From an uncultured delta proteobacterium (lineage in GTDB: Bacteria > Myxococcota > Kuafuiibacteriia > Kuafuiibacteriales > Kuafuiibacteriaceae): 64,000 bases of DNA. Location of the stretch: positions 45,922-109,921 of the forward strand of contig CAWDML010000015.1 in assembly GCA_963803435.1 (NCBI GenBank), given 5' to 3'. Under the pieces are notes generated by a model. It did no database searches. It saw nothing but the letters and a program-made list of their open reading frames with translations, and was not told where the DNA came from. The position numbers were made by a program, and so were the translations under genes. This document shows positions 19,816 to 28,738 of this stretch, in pieces (positions within the stretch are counted from its first letter, which is position 1; every line of letters begins with the position of its first letter).

Positions 19816-19844
19816 CTCTCGACTCTCGACTCTCAACTCTCGAC
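19816..19844. repeat. 7-bp tandem repeat (CTCTCRA)x4
   Basis: ctctcga ctctcga ctctcaa ctctcga read directly. Confidence 0.9.
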
Positions 19845-19912
19845 AGCCCGCATCACCTCGGCGCAGTCCCAGCCTACGGTGCACGAAACGCCGCTTCGGG
19901 TGGGCTACGAGG

Positions 19913-20764
19913 CTAGGCCACGAAGATTGTCCGGCTCTCGAGGACCTGACGGTAACCGAGGCGCTCGTAGATCCGCTTGGCCACCTCGTTGTCGTCGTTC
20001 ACCAGCAAGAAGGCGCGGTCGGAGCGTTCGAGCACCCAGCGGGTGATGGCGCCGGTTCCCGCGAGGCCGAGCCCGCGGCCTCGGTGGGCGGGGAGCGTGT
20101 AGATGCCCTCGACCTGTCCGCCCACGGGCGACACCGCCGAGACGTTCGACTTGAACACGACCGTGCCGTCCTCCACGTGGATGAAGTCGCGGCCGCGCTC
20201 CAGGCGCTCCTCGATCCGGGCGCGGAAGAGCTCGGGGTTGCGACCCTGCGGATCGTCGCGCGCCTCCTCGAGCGCCATCGCGGCGGAGGCGTCGACGATC
20301 TGTCCGAGGTAGGCCGGCGTCGCCTGCTCGAGGCGGATGGGCCGGGGCGCGTCCACGAACGTGCGGCGGGTGACCGCGTAGCCGAGCTGATCGCGGCTGA
20401 TGCGCGCGACCATGCCGATGGTCTCCAGAAGCTGCCACACGCGGTGGACGACGCTGCGCTCGCCGACGATCACCCGGATGGCGTTCGGGTTGCGCTTGCC
20501 GATGCGGAGCAGGTCCTCGACGGCCTCGTCGCTGTCGGCGGCCGGGATTACGATGCCGGTCTCGGAGACGTAGACGAGCCCTCGGAGGGTGCCGTCGGCC
20601 AGGTCGCCGAGGAGCCAGGCGCGCGGGGAGCCGCGTTCGTAGGCCAGCCCCCCGTCCTCGATCCACCCTGCGATGTACGTGCAACGATTGGGATTTTCGT
20701 CGCAGAACCCGACGGCCGTGGAGACGTGGCCCGGCCCGAGCTTCACCAGCCGCCCGGCGCTCAT
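19913..20764 (-). CDS. GNAT-family acetyltransferase (DUF4081-like N-terminus)
   Basis: QVEGIYTLPAHRGRGLG...LLVNDDNEVAKRIYERLGY; likely ATG at 20764. Confidence 0.88.
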   Translation of the reverse strand: MSAGRLVKLGPGHVSTAVGFCDENPNRCTYIAGWIEDGGLAYERGSPRAWLLGDLADGTLRGLVYVSETGIVIPAADSDEAVEDLLRIGKRNPNAIRVIVGERSVVHRVWQLLETIGMVARISRDQLGYAVTRRTFVDAPRPIRLEQATPAYLGQIVDASAAMALEEARDDPQGRNPELFRARIEERLERGRDFIHVEDGTVVFKSNVSAVSPVGGQVEGIYTLPAHRGRGLGLAGTGAITRWVLERSDRAFLLVNDDNEVAKRIYERLGYRQVLESRTIFVA

Positions 20765-20831
20765 GCCACGGAAGCTTACCACGTCCGAAATGGGCGCAAC
20801 GAAGTCGTTCCAGCGCCGAAAATAGCCAACG

Positions 20832-21509
20832 ATGCGGCTGTCGCTCGCCCGACCGATCGCTGCGGTCTTCGCGGCCACCATCCTCGGGTTTCCCGGGCGC
20901 GCGGACGCGGACGATCTCGCCGAGGCGCTCAACTACGCGGCGTCGATCATGGGCGACGACATCGTCGACGGCTACGAGGACTTCATGGACTGGGACGAGA
21001 CCGAGGCGCTCCCCATCCTGCTGGCCGAGAAGGTCGTGATCGGCGAGCCGCCCGAGTACTACGGCGGTGGCTACGGGGCCGAGTCCCGTTCGCCGTTTCA
21101 GAGCCTCGGGACCACGCGGCTCGACTTCGCCAGCCTGCGCCCGTTCATCGAGGAGGCATCGGAGGAGACGGGACTGCCGGTCGCGCTGATCGACGCCGTC
21201 ATCCGCACCGAGTCGGGTTATCGCGTCGAGGCCGTCTCGCAGGCCGGGGCCCAGGGCTTGATGCAGCTGCTTCCGGATACGTCTGCGTCGGTGGGCGTCA
21301 CCGATCCGTTCGATCCCCGGCAGAACATCCTCGGGGGCTCGCGCTACCTCCGGCGCATGTACGATCAGTTCGGCTCCCTCGAGCTCGCGGTGGCCGCCTA
21401 CAACGCCGGTCCCACCGCGGTGAAGAAGCAGAAGGGCGTCCCGCCGTTCAAGGAGACCCGCCGCTACGTGGCCACCGTGATCCGCCGCTATCGCTCCCGC
21501 CTTCAGTGA
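20832..21509 (+). CDS. Lytic transglycosylase (SLT domain), secreted
   Basis: Signal peptide; AVIRTESGY, GAQGLMQL, AAYNAG and ETRRYV motifs. Confidence 0.92.
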   Translation: MRLSLARPIAAVFAATILGFPGRADADDLAEALNYAASIMGDDIVDGYEDFMDWDETEALPILLAEKVVIGEPPEYYGGGYGAESRSPFQSLGTTRLDFASLRPFIEEASEETGLPVALIDAVIRTESGYRVEAVSQAGAQGLMQLLPDTSASVGVTDPFDPRQNILGGSRYLRRMYDQFGSLELAVAAYNAGPTAVKKQKGVPPFKETRRYVATVIRRYRSRLQ

Positions 21510-22564
21510 GCGGCGCCATCGAGCAGGCGCTCCGCCGGCGCCTCGAAACCGACGAACACCGGCTCGGGTGACAGCGTGACGCCGAAGACCGCGCGGACCT
21601 TGGCGCGGATCTCGGCGGCGAGCGCGACCAGATCCGCGGCGGTGGCGGCGCCCCGATTCACCAGCGCCAGGCAGTGCCGCGTCGAGAGCCCCGCCGGCCC
21701 CACGCCGTAGCCCTTGGCGAAGCCGGCGTGCTCGATCAGCCAGGCGGCCGACAGCTTCGCCCGCCCTTCGCCGGCGGGATGACGCGGAGGAGGGACACCG
21801 GCGAGGTGCTCGACCTCGTCGGCGCGCTCGTTGGTCACGATCGGGTTCATGAAGAACGAGCCGGCGCTCATGGTGTTCTCGTCTCGATCGTCGAGCACCA
21901 TCGACTTCGAACGCCGGAGCTCGAGGACGGCCCGACGCACGCGCGCAGGATCGTGCGGCGGCGGGCCCAGGCTTCGCGCCAGCTCGGCGTAGCGGATCTC
22001 GGGCTCGCCCTCGGTCCTGAGCTGGAGCTCGACCGACGTGATGATGTAGCGGTCCTTCCAGTCCTCCTTGAAGCGGCTCCCGCGGTAGGAGAAGTTGCAC
22101 GCCGAGTGGACGAGGCGCTCCACCGTCTGCGTGGTGCGGTCGAACGCCGTCACCGCGGTGAGCGTCTCGCTGATCTCCTGACCGTACGCGCCGATGTTCT
22201 GGATCGGGGTGGCGCCCAGCCAGCCGGGGATCCCGCTCAGGCACTCGACGCCCAGGAGCCCGCGCGCCACCGCAGCGCCGACGACCTCGTCCCAGGGGAC
22301 GCCGGCGCCGGCAAGTATCCGCCCGTCCGGTGTGATCTCGAGGCGTCGATCGCGGTGTCGGACCACCAGTCCGTCGAAGCCCGCGTCGGAGATCAGCACG
22401 TTGCTCCCGCCGCCGAGCACCAGGAGGGGCCGGCCCTCGCGCTCGGCCAGCTCCGCGAGGGTTCTCAGGTCATCGGTGGTCTCGGCGTCGCTGAGGCCCC
22501 AGGCGGGCCCGCCCACGCGGAAGGTCGTGTACGGCGCGAGCGGAACACCGTGCGCGATCTGCAC
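21503..22564 (-). CDS. murB: UDP-N-acetylmuramate dehydrogenase
   Basis: TTFRVGGPA, LGGGSNVL, GIPG..GATPIQNIGAYG, FSYRGS, SAGSFFMNP and LSPEP motifs. Confidence 0.95.
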   Translation of the reverse strand: MQIAHGVPLAPYTTFRVGGPAWGLSDAETTDDLRTLAELAEREGRPLLVLGGGSNVLISDAGFDGLVVRHRDRRLEITPDGRILAGAGVPWDEVVGAAVARGLLGVECLSGIPGWLGATPIQNIGAYGQEISETLTAVTAFDRTTQTVERLVHSACNFSYRGSRFKEDWKDRYIITSVELQLRTEGEPEIRYAELARSLGPPPHDPARVRRAVLELRRSKSMVLDDRDENTMSAGSFFMNPIVTNERADEVEHLAGVPPPRHPAGEGRAKLSAAWLIEHAGFAKGYGVGPAGLSTRHCLALVNRGAATAADLVALAAEIRAKVRAVFGVTLSPEPVFVGFEAPAERLLDGAAH

Positions 22565-22637
22565 GCACCGATGGTACCACGCGCCGGCTCGACTTGGCCC
22601 CTCGCCAACCGCACGCAGGATGCTCTAGCTTCCCTCG

Positions 22638-23807
22638 ATGCCGGACCCACGCTGGACACTCGATCCCGAGATCACCTACCTCAACCACGGCTCTTTCGGA
22701 GCCTGTCCGCGGGCAATCCTTGAATTGCAAGCAGAGTTGCGCGCCCGGCTCGAGCGCGAGCCGGTGCACTTCATGTTGCGCGAGATTGGAGCGATGTGGC
22801 AGGCCGCTCGCGAGGCGCTGGCCGGCTTCGTCCACGCGGACCCGGACGGGCTGGTCTTCGTCAACAACGCCACCTCCGGCGTCAACGCGGTCCTCCGCTC
22901 GCTCGACTGGAAGCCGGGCGACGAGATCCTGATGCTCGATCACGCCTATGCGGCCTGTTACAACGCGGCCCAGTACGTGGCGGAGCGCTCGGGCGCCGTC
23001 GTGGTGACGGCCCACGTCCCCTTTCCGATCGCGTCTCCCGACGCGGCCTTCGACGCGATCGCGGCCGCTGTCACGCCTCAGACCAAGGTCGCGGTCATCG
23101 ACCACATCACGAGCCCGACGGGGCTGGTGCTCCCCATCGAGCGGATCGTTCGTGAGCTCGAGGGGCGGGGCGTCAGCGTCATCGTGGACGGCGCGCACGC
23201 CCCCGGCATGGTCGATCTCCACCTGGAGGCCATCGGCGCGAGCTGGTACACCGGAAACTGCCACAAGTGGCTGTGCACGCCGAAGGGATCGGCGCTCCTG
23301 TGGGTGCGCGCGGACAAGCGCGCCCTCACGCGGCCGCTCGTGATCAGCCACGGGGCCTCGGTCGAGGGGCCGCAGCGCTTCCACCGCGAGTTCGACTGGG
23401 TCGGCACCGACGATCCGACCGCCATGCTCTGCATCCCGAAGGCGATCGAGTGGCTCGGCGGTCAGCTCGAGGGTGGCTGGACGGCGCTCCGCGCGCGGAA
23501 CCGCGAGATGGCGATCGCGGCGCGGCGTCTGCTCTGCCAGCGGCTCGCGGTCCAAGCGCCCTGCCCGGAGTCGATGCTCGGCGCGCTGGCGGCCGTCCCG
23601 CTGCCGGACGACCCCGGGCCGAAGCCGGCCGACGGCGAGCTCGATCACCTCCACACCCGTCTGTTCGAGCAGCACCGGGTCGAGGTGCCCATCGTCGCCT
23701 GGCCCCGGCATCCCAAGCGGCTGGTCCGGGTCTCCGCGCAGCTCTACAACCGCATCGAGGACTACGAGGTGCTGGCGGGCGCGCTCGACGAAGCGCTGCG
23801 GGCGTGA
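22638..23807 (+). CDS. PLP-dependent class V aminotransferase (isopenicillin N epimerase / C-S lyase-like)
   Basis: YLNHGSFGACP, DHITSPTG, VDGAHAPG and GNCHKWL motifs. Confidence 0.9.
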   Translation: MPDPRWTLDPEITYLNHGSFGACPRAILELQAELRARLEREPVHFMLREIGAMWQAAREALAGFVHADPDGLVFVNNATSGVNAVLRSLDWKPGDEILMLDHAYAACYNAAQYVAERSGAVVVTAHVPFPIASPDAAFDAIAAAVTPQTKVAVIDHITSPTGLVLPIERIVRELEGRGVSVIVDGAHAPGMVDLHLEAIGASWYTGNCHKWLCTPKGSALLWVRADKRALTRPLVISHGASVEGPQRFHREFDWVGTDDPTAMLCIPKAIEWLGGQLEGGWTALRARNREMAIAARRLLCQRLAVQAPCPESMLGALAAVPLPDDPGPKPADGELDHLHTRLFEQHRVEVPIVAWPRHPKRLVRVSAQLYNRIEDYEVLAGALDEALRA

Positions 23808-24673
23808 ATGCTGGCGGCGACGGCGATCGCGATGATCGCGACGATGACGAGGATCGAGATCCACGAGGGGATCTCGATCCACGCGTGGATAATCATCTTG
23901 ACGCCGGTGTAGGCGAGCACGGCGGCGATGCCATAGTGGAGGTAGTCGAGGTCCTGCAGCACCTTCGCCAGCACCAGGTAGAGCGAGCGGAGCCCGAGGA
24001 TCGCGAACACGTTCGAGCTGTAGACGATGAACGGCAGGTGCGTGACCGAGAGGGCCGCCGGGACCGAGTCCACCGCGAACACGATGTCGCTCAGCTCGAG
24101 CCCGATCAGGGCGATCAGGAGCGGCGTGACCACCCATCGACCGTCCTCGCTCGCGAAGAAGTCGCGGCCCTTCACGTTCTCGCTCACCGGTAGGTGCGCC
24201 GAGAGCCAGCCGACCAGCTTGCTGTCCTTGCGGTCGGGATGCTCGCGGAGCGCGCGCACCGCCGCGAAGAGCAGGACCGCACCAAAGACGTACTCGACCC
24301 AGCTCCAGCGCTCCAGCGCCGCCGCCCCCGCGAAGATGAAGATCGCGCGGAAGACGAGCGCCCCGATGACCCCGAAGAACAGCACCTTGTGGTGTCGCTT
24401 CGTCGGAATCTTCAGGACGGAGAAGATGACCAAGAAGACGAAGAGGTTGTCGATCGAGAGGCTCTTCTCGATCAGGTACGCGGCCAGGTAGTCCTGCGCC
24501 GCCCCGCCGCCGTCGAGGCTCAGGATCACGGCGGCGAAGGCGAGGCCGGCGCCGATCCAGACGACTGTCCAGATCGTGGCGGCCTTCGCGGACTGCCCCC
24601 TGTCCCCCCGGTGGGCGAGCAGGTCGAGGGCGAGCAACGCCACGACCGCTCCGCCGAAGAGGATCCACTGCAC
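23762..24673 (-). CDS. TerC/Alx-family membrane protein
   Basis: IEKSLSIDNLFVF, DIVFAVDSVPA and SNVFAILGLRSLY motifs; start approximate. Confidence 0.9.
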   Translation of the reverse strand: MQWILFGGAVVALLALDLLAHRGDRGQSAKAATIWTVVWIGAGLAFAAVILSLDGGGAAQDYLAAYLIEKSLSIDNLFVFLVIFSVLKIPTKRHHKVLFFGVIGALVFRAIFIFAGAAALERWSWVEYVFGAVLLFAAVRALREHPDRKDSKLVGWLSAHLPVSENVKGRDFFASEDGRWVVTPLLIALIGLELSDIVFAVDSVPAALSVTHLPFIVYSSNVFAILGLRSLYLVLAKVLQDLDYLHYGIAAVLAYTGVKMIIHAWIEIPSWISILVIVAIIAIAVAASIHARSASSSAPASTS

Positions 24674-24791
24674 CCCCGGAGTCGTGCAAGAGCTCGACCC
24701 GGCCGGTGCGCGTCGCTTTCGACGGACCTCGCCGGGGCGCCGCGGCGAAAAACGACCTCCGTCTTTTCCTGCGCTCTGGTAGATCCGAGTC

Positions 24792-25505
24792 GTGCCCAAG
24801 CCCGCCGACCCGAAGAAGATCGCCGAGCGCCTCGCGCGCATGGTGCCCGAGCCGATCACCGAGCTCGATCACCAGAACGCCTGGCAGCTCCTGGTCGCCA
24901 CCATCCTCTCGGCCCAGAGCACCGACAAGACGATCAACGCCATCACTCCGGCGCTGTTCGCGAAGTACCCGACGCCGCGTGCGCTCGCGGAGGCGCCCTC
25001 GGACGACGTGGAGACGATGGTGAAGAAGAGCGGTTTCTTCCGGAACAAGACCAAGTCGATCCAGCGGATGAGCCGGGCCCTCGTGGAGAACCACGGCGGC
25101 GAGGTCCCGCAGACGATGGACGAGCTCGTCGAGCTCCCGGGGGTGGCGCGGAAGACGGCGAACCTGATCCTGGGGCACGCGTTCCAGGTGGCGGAGGGCG
25201 TCCTCGTCGATACGCACGTCACGCGCGTGGCCGGTCGGCTCGGGCTCTCCAAGGAGGAAAAGCCGGAGCGCATCGAAGCGGATCTGATGGAGGCGTTCTC
25301 GAAGCGCCATTGGATCGCGATCGGCAGCCGGTTGCTGCTCCTGGGCCGCTACGTCTGTACGGCGAAGAATCCGAGGTGCGAGCGCTGTCCCGTCAACGAG
25401 CTGTGCCCGAGCCGGACCGGCGATCCGGTGGCCGCCTGGACGGCGCGGGCGGACGCAGCGAAGGAGACGATCGCCTCGCGCGGCGAGGTGCCGCTACCGG
25501 ACTAG
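24792..25505 (+). CDS. nth: Endonuclease III
   Basis: LVATILSAQSTD, HhH LPGVARKTAN, VDTHV and a C-x6-C-x2-C-x5-C Fe-S motif. Confidence 0.93.
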   Translation: MPKPADPKKIAERLARMVPEPITELDHQNAWQLLVATILSAQSTDKTINAITPALFAKYPTPRALAEAPSDDVETMVKKSGFFRNKTKSIQRMSRALVENHGGEVPQTMDELVELPGVARKTANLILGHAFQVAEGVLVDTHVTRVAGRLGLSKEEKPERIEADLMEAFSKRHWIAIGSRLLLLGRYVCTAKNPRCERCPVNELCPSRTGDPVAAWTARADAAKETIASRGEVPLPD

Positions 25506-25571
25506 GAGCGTGTAGCGCGTAAGCGCTCACGCGACCCCGGTCCGGGTCCCGGTCCCGGTCCGGGTCCCGAT
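25502..25571. repeat. Left TIR containing (GGTCCC)n hexamer array
   Basis: Inverted match to 26737-26805: first 20 bp identical, one indel and four mismatches overall. Confidence 0.9.
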
Positions 25572-25579
25572 CTGAAGAT

Positions 25580-26242
25580 GGCTGCCTTGAGTCAGACGCT
25601 CGCGACGGTCGCGAGCTTCGATCGGTAGAGCTTGAGCAGGTTGCGGGTGAGGCAGACGAGCGTCCACTCGGCTCGTACCTTGAAGAAGGAGCGTAGCGAG
25701 AACCGGCGCGTCTTGGTTCTGTTCGGGTCCAACAGCGATGTGGGCATCGATCTGATTGTTGTCGCAGAATTCGATGTTGGTCGCGCTCAGATAGCCGTTG
25801 TCTGCCGTCATCTTCCGCGGAGCATCGCCGCAGTTGCCGAACACATCACGGAGCATCGGGACGAGGTGTTGCTGATCAGGTGCCTGGTTGCTGACCTCTT
25901 CGGCGACAATCACCTGAGCGTGCTCATCTACGACAACTTGGGCATTGTAGGCCTGGAGGTACGCTCCCTCCTTCAACATGATCCTGCTGTCTGAGTCGGT
26001 GAAGTTCCTCGAGCGTTGGGCCTCGGTGTGCCGTCCACATTTGCAGGAACGCGATGATGCGGCCATCCATCATTTCGTTCAGTTGGGTCTGGGGATGGTT
26101 CGAGCTGGTCAGCCTGCGCTCTTGCCTTCTCGGCTCGAGTTCTCGCTCGCTTCTGCTCCACCAGATCCACAAGAGCAGCGCAGCCTTCGCTTCCGATTGT
26201 CTCGGAGTCCAAGAACGGTAAAGAACGGTATTGCTTCGCCAC
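25580..26242 (-). pseudogene. Internally deleted IS1182-family transposase remnant
   Basis: NFTDSDSRIM...YLQAYNAQVVVD...DQQHLVPM...TADNGYLS, plus an out-of-frame MAKQYR N-terminus and a C-terminal EWTLVCLTRNLLKL fragment. Confidence 0.8.
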
Positions 26243-26361
26243 GAAACCATGGGATCAAGTCCAGGCGTCGAAGTCGATCCGCCCAACGATCGATTCCAGA
26301 CGAAACGACCTCCAAGAACTTCTGCTGGTCAAAGTGGACGAGCTACCGCAAGCTAGCTTGC

Positions 26362-26805
26362 ATGGTCACTTTCGATCACGAGAAGCTCGAGGTCTACCAG
26401 CTCGCCGTCGAGTATGCCGACATCGCTGAAGAGATCGCACAAGAACTGCAACCCGGTCACGCTCACGTCCGCGATCAGCTTCGGCGGGCATCCGATTCCA
26501 TCGTGAACAACACCGCCGAGGGCGCCGGAGAGTTCAATCCACCTGAGAAGGCTCGCTTCTACCGGATGGCTCTTCGCTCTGGCACCGAAAGCGCCGCCTC
26601 ACTCCACACCTGCTCGAGGCGCCGACTCACCAACGAGCAGAAGGTCCAAGCCGCCAGAGCCAAGCTCAAGCGCGTTGTCGAGATGCTCACGCGACTTGAT
26701 GAGGCCGATGAACGCACGCCGGGCTGCATGATCGCCATCGGGACCGGGACCGGGACCGGGACCCGGACCGGGCTCGCGGTAGCGCTACGCGCTACACGCT
26801 CCTAG
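26362..26805 (+). CDS. Four-helix-bundle protein; C-terminus reads through the right TIR
   Basis: FDHEKLEVYQLA...DQLRRASDSIVNNTAEGAG...KARFYRMALRSGTES. The GTGTGTGTRTG tail comes from the hexamer repeats. Confidence 0.9.
   Translation: MVTFDHEKLEVYQLAVEYADIAEEIAQELQPGHAHVRDQLRRASDSIVNNTAEGAGEFNPPEKARFYRMALRSGTESAASLHTCSRRRLTNEQKVQAARAKLKRVVEMLTRLDEADERTPGCMIAIGTGTGTGTRTGLAVALRATRS
26737..26805. repeat. Right TIR containing (GGGACC)n array and GTAGCGC-TAC-GCGCTAC hairpin
   Basis: Read directly; inverted copy of 25502-25571. Confidence 0.9.
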
Positions 26806-27266
26806 CCGAGGATCCGCTCCAGCTCGGACTCGTCGATCAGCTCCGCGATCGTGTCTCTCGCTGCCAGCAGCGCTTCGTCGGTGAAGCCGTTCGGCGAGAC
26901 CAGGATGGCCTTGTTGAACCCCTCTGCGTGGGCGAAGTCGACGGTCGCGATCACGTCGGGTCCGCGGACGCGCTCGTCTTCGGGCAGATTGAACGCGCGC
27001 ACGTAGACCTCTTGGCGGTTGGTGGGCTCGATCGTGCGGGCGACGAAACTCGGGCCGTCACCCTGGTCCGGATCCCGCCGGACGATCTCCAAGGCCAGCG
27101 CCTGCATCAGCCGTTCGGCGCGAGCGCCCACCGTGCGCTCGGGTGTCGCGAAGTGCGCCACCCCTCCGGCGGGCGCGGTGGTCGGCTCGTGGGCGCCACC
27201 GCGCAGGAAGAGGAACAGCGTCATCACCACGATCAAGAGCGCCACGGTCAGGATCACGACTCCCAT
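26802..27266 (-). CDS. Membrane-anchored Mrr-like restriction-endonuclease-fold protein (probably inactive)
   Basis: N-terminal TM helix; C-terminal VRGPDV...KAILVSPNGFTDEA...ELIDESEL pattern of Mrr_cat; no clear D..QxK motif. Confidence 0.6.
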   Translation of the reverse strand: MGVVILTVALLIVVMTLFLFLRGGAHEPTTAPAGGVAHFATPERTVGARAERLMQALALEIVRRDPDQGDGPSFVARTIEPTNRQEVYVRAFNLPEDERVRGPDVIATVDFAHAEGFNKAILVSPNGFTDEALLAARDTIAELIDESELERILG

Positions 27267-27313
27267 GGCGTGGAAACGTAGCAAGTGCGGGACCAGGCGT
27301 GCATGCTGGCGGC

Positions 27314-27526
27314 ATGAAGGACGAGTTTGCGTGCGCGCTGACGAAGGGAACGCGTCTCGAGGCCTATATCGGGCGCCGCGAGGACGACACGCTGATCGAG
27401 CTCGCGATCTCGGAGGCGCTCGGCGCTGTCCACTCGGTCTGCATGCGCGTGGAGGATGCGCGGGAGCTGGCGCTGACGCTGAACGATCTGGCCGATCGCC
27501 TCGAGAAGCACCTGGCGAAGAAGTGA
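27314..27526 (+). CDS. Small hypothetical protein
   Basis: 70 aa MKDEFACALTKG...; protein-like composition and fills the gap between neighbours. Confidence 0.55.
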   Translation: MKDEFACALTKGTRLEAYIGRREDDTLIELAISEALGAVHSVCMRVEDARELALTLNDLADRLEKHLAKK

Positions 27527-27527
27527 G

Positions 27528-28706
27528 CTAGGCGCGCTGGTAGAGCGTGACGACGCAGGCGCCGCCGAGGCCGAGGTTGTGCTGGAGCGCGGTACGGGCG
27601 CCCTCGACCTGACGTTGCTCGGCCTGGCCGCGGAGCTGCCAGACGAGCTCGGTGCACTGGGCGAGGCCGGTGGCGCCGAGCGGGTGGCCCTTGGAGAGCA
27701 GGCCGCCGGACGGGTTGACCACGTACTTGCCCCCGTAGCTGTTGTCGCCGTCCCAGATGAACTTCTCTGCTTCGCCCTCCTTGCAGAGACCGATCGCCTC
27801 GTAGGTGACGAGCTCGTTGGCGGTGAAGCAGTCGTGGAGCTCGACCACGTCGATGTCCTCGGGCCCGATTCCGGACTTCTCGTAGACCTCGGCGGCCGCC
27901 TCCTTCGACATGTCGTAGCCGATCATCTTGATCATCGACTTCTCCTGGAAGCTGGAGGCGAAGTCGGTCTTCATCGACTGCGCGACGATCTTCACCGGCG
28001 TGCGGACCTTCTTCTTCTTCGCGAAGTCTTCGGAGCAGACGATCGCGGCGGCAGCGCCGCAGGTGGGCGGGCAGCACTGGAAGCGGGTGAGGGGATCGAA
28101 GACCTCGTCCGAGGCCATCACCTCGTCGAGGGAGAGCGTCTTGTTGAAGATGGCGTACGGGTTCTTGGAGGCGTGCTGGCGCGCCTTCACCGAGATCTGG
28201 CCGAACGTCTCCCGCTTGGTGCCGTGGCGCCAGCGGTACTCTCTCGCGGCGCCGCCGAACATCTGCGCGGTGGGCGGAGCGCTGACGAAGCCCTGGACGT
28301 CGTTCATGACGGCGAAGTGTTGATCGATCGGGTTCAGGCGATCGTCCCACTTGGCGGAGAGCGCGCCGCGCTCCATCTTCTCGAAGCCGACGGCCAGCAC
28401 GCACTCGGCGATGCCGCCGGCGACCGCCTGGCGGGCCAGCATCAGCGCCGTCGAGCCGGTCGAGCAGTTGTTGTTGACGTTGAACACCGGGATCCCGGTC
28501 AGGCCGACCTCGTAGACCGCGCGCTGGCCGCAGGTGCTGTCACCGAAGACATAGCCTGCGTACGCCTGCTCGATCTCGGGATACGCGACGCCGGCGTCCT
28601 CGAGCGCCATCCTGGCCGCCGTGGCGGCCATGACGTGGTACTCCTCGCTGGCGCCCGGCTTCGCGAACTTGTTCATGCCGACGCCGATCACGTACGTGCT
28701 TCGCAT
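27528..28706 (-). CDS. SCP-x-type thiolase (lipid-transfer protein)
   Basis: NVNNNCSTGS, ELHDCF, SKGHPLGATG and QHNLGLGG motifs. Confidence 0.93.
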   Translation of the reverse strand: MRSTYVIGVGMNKFAKPGASEEYHVMAATAARMALEDAGVAYPEIEQAYAGYVFGDSTCGQRAVYEVGLTGIPVFNVNNNCSTGSTALMLARQAVAGGIAECVLAVGFEKMERGALSAKWDDRLNPIDQHFAVMNDVQGFVSAPPTAQMFGGAAREYRWRHGTKRETFGQISVKARQHASKNPYAIFNKTLSLDEVMASDEVFDPLTRFQCCPPTCGAAAAIVCSEDFAKKKKVRTPVKIVAQSMKTDFASSFQEKSMIKMIGYDMSKEAAAEVYEKSGIGPEDIDVVELHDCFTANELVTYEAIGLCKEGEAEKFIWDGDNSYGGKYVVNPSGGLLSKGHPLGATGLAQCTELVWQLRGQAEQRQVEGARTALQHNLGLGGACVVTLYQRA

Positions 28707-28738
28707 TCATTCACCTCACTTCGGTTCGGGTGCCGCCG

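Larger units (their letters stand above)
17864..19844. mobile_element. Putative cassette 1: four-helix-bundle gene plus transposase-like pseudogene bounded by inverted 7-bp tandem repeats
   Basis: Left end GTCGACA-GTCAACG-GTTGAGA-GTTCACA. Right end (CTCTCGA)2-CTCTCAA-CTCTCGA, the reverse complement of GTCGAGA-type units. Lies between convergent gene ends. Confidence 0.5.
25502..26805. mobile_element. Cassette 2: non-autonomous element with ~70-bp terminal inverted repeats and CTAG at both ends
   Basis: 25502-25571 and the reverse complement of 26737-26805 both read CTAGGAGCGTGTAGCGCGTA(A)GCGCT..CGCGA.CCCGGTCCGGGTCCCGGTCCCGGTCC.GGTCCCGAT. The interior looks AT-richer than the flanks. Confidence 0.8.

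Noticed and set aside
22638-23807. Beta-lactam biosynthesis from the isopenicillin-N-epimerase-like gene
   Set aside because: There is no NRPS or IPNS nearby, and the family is widespread as a C-S lyase.
25536-26772. CRISPR array from the short repeats
   Set aside because: These are contiguous 6-bp tandem units with no spacers, and there are no cas genes.
17864-26805. Diversity-generating retroelement suggested by Avd-like genes
   Set aside because: No reverse transcriptase and no template/variable repeat pair are visible in the window.
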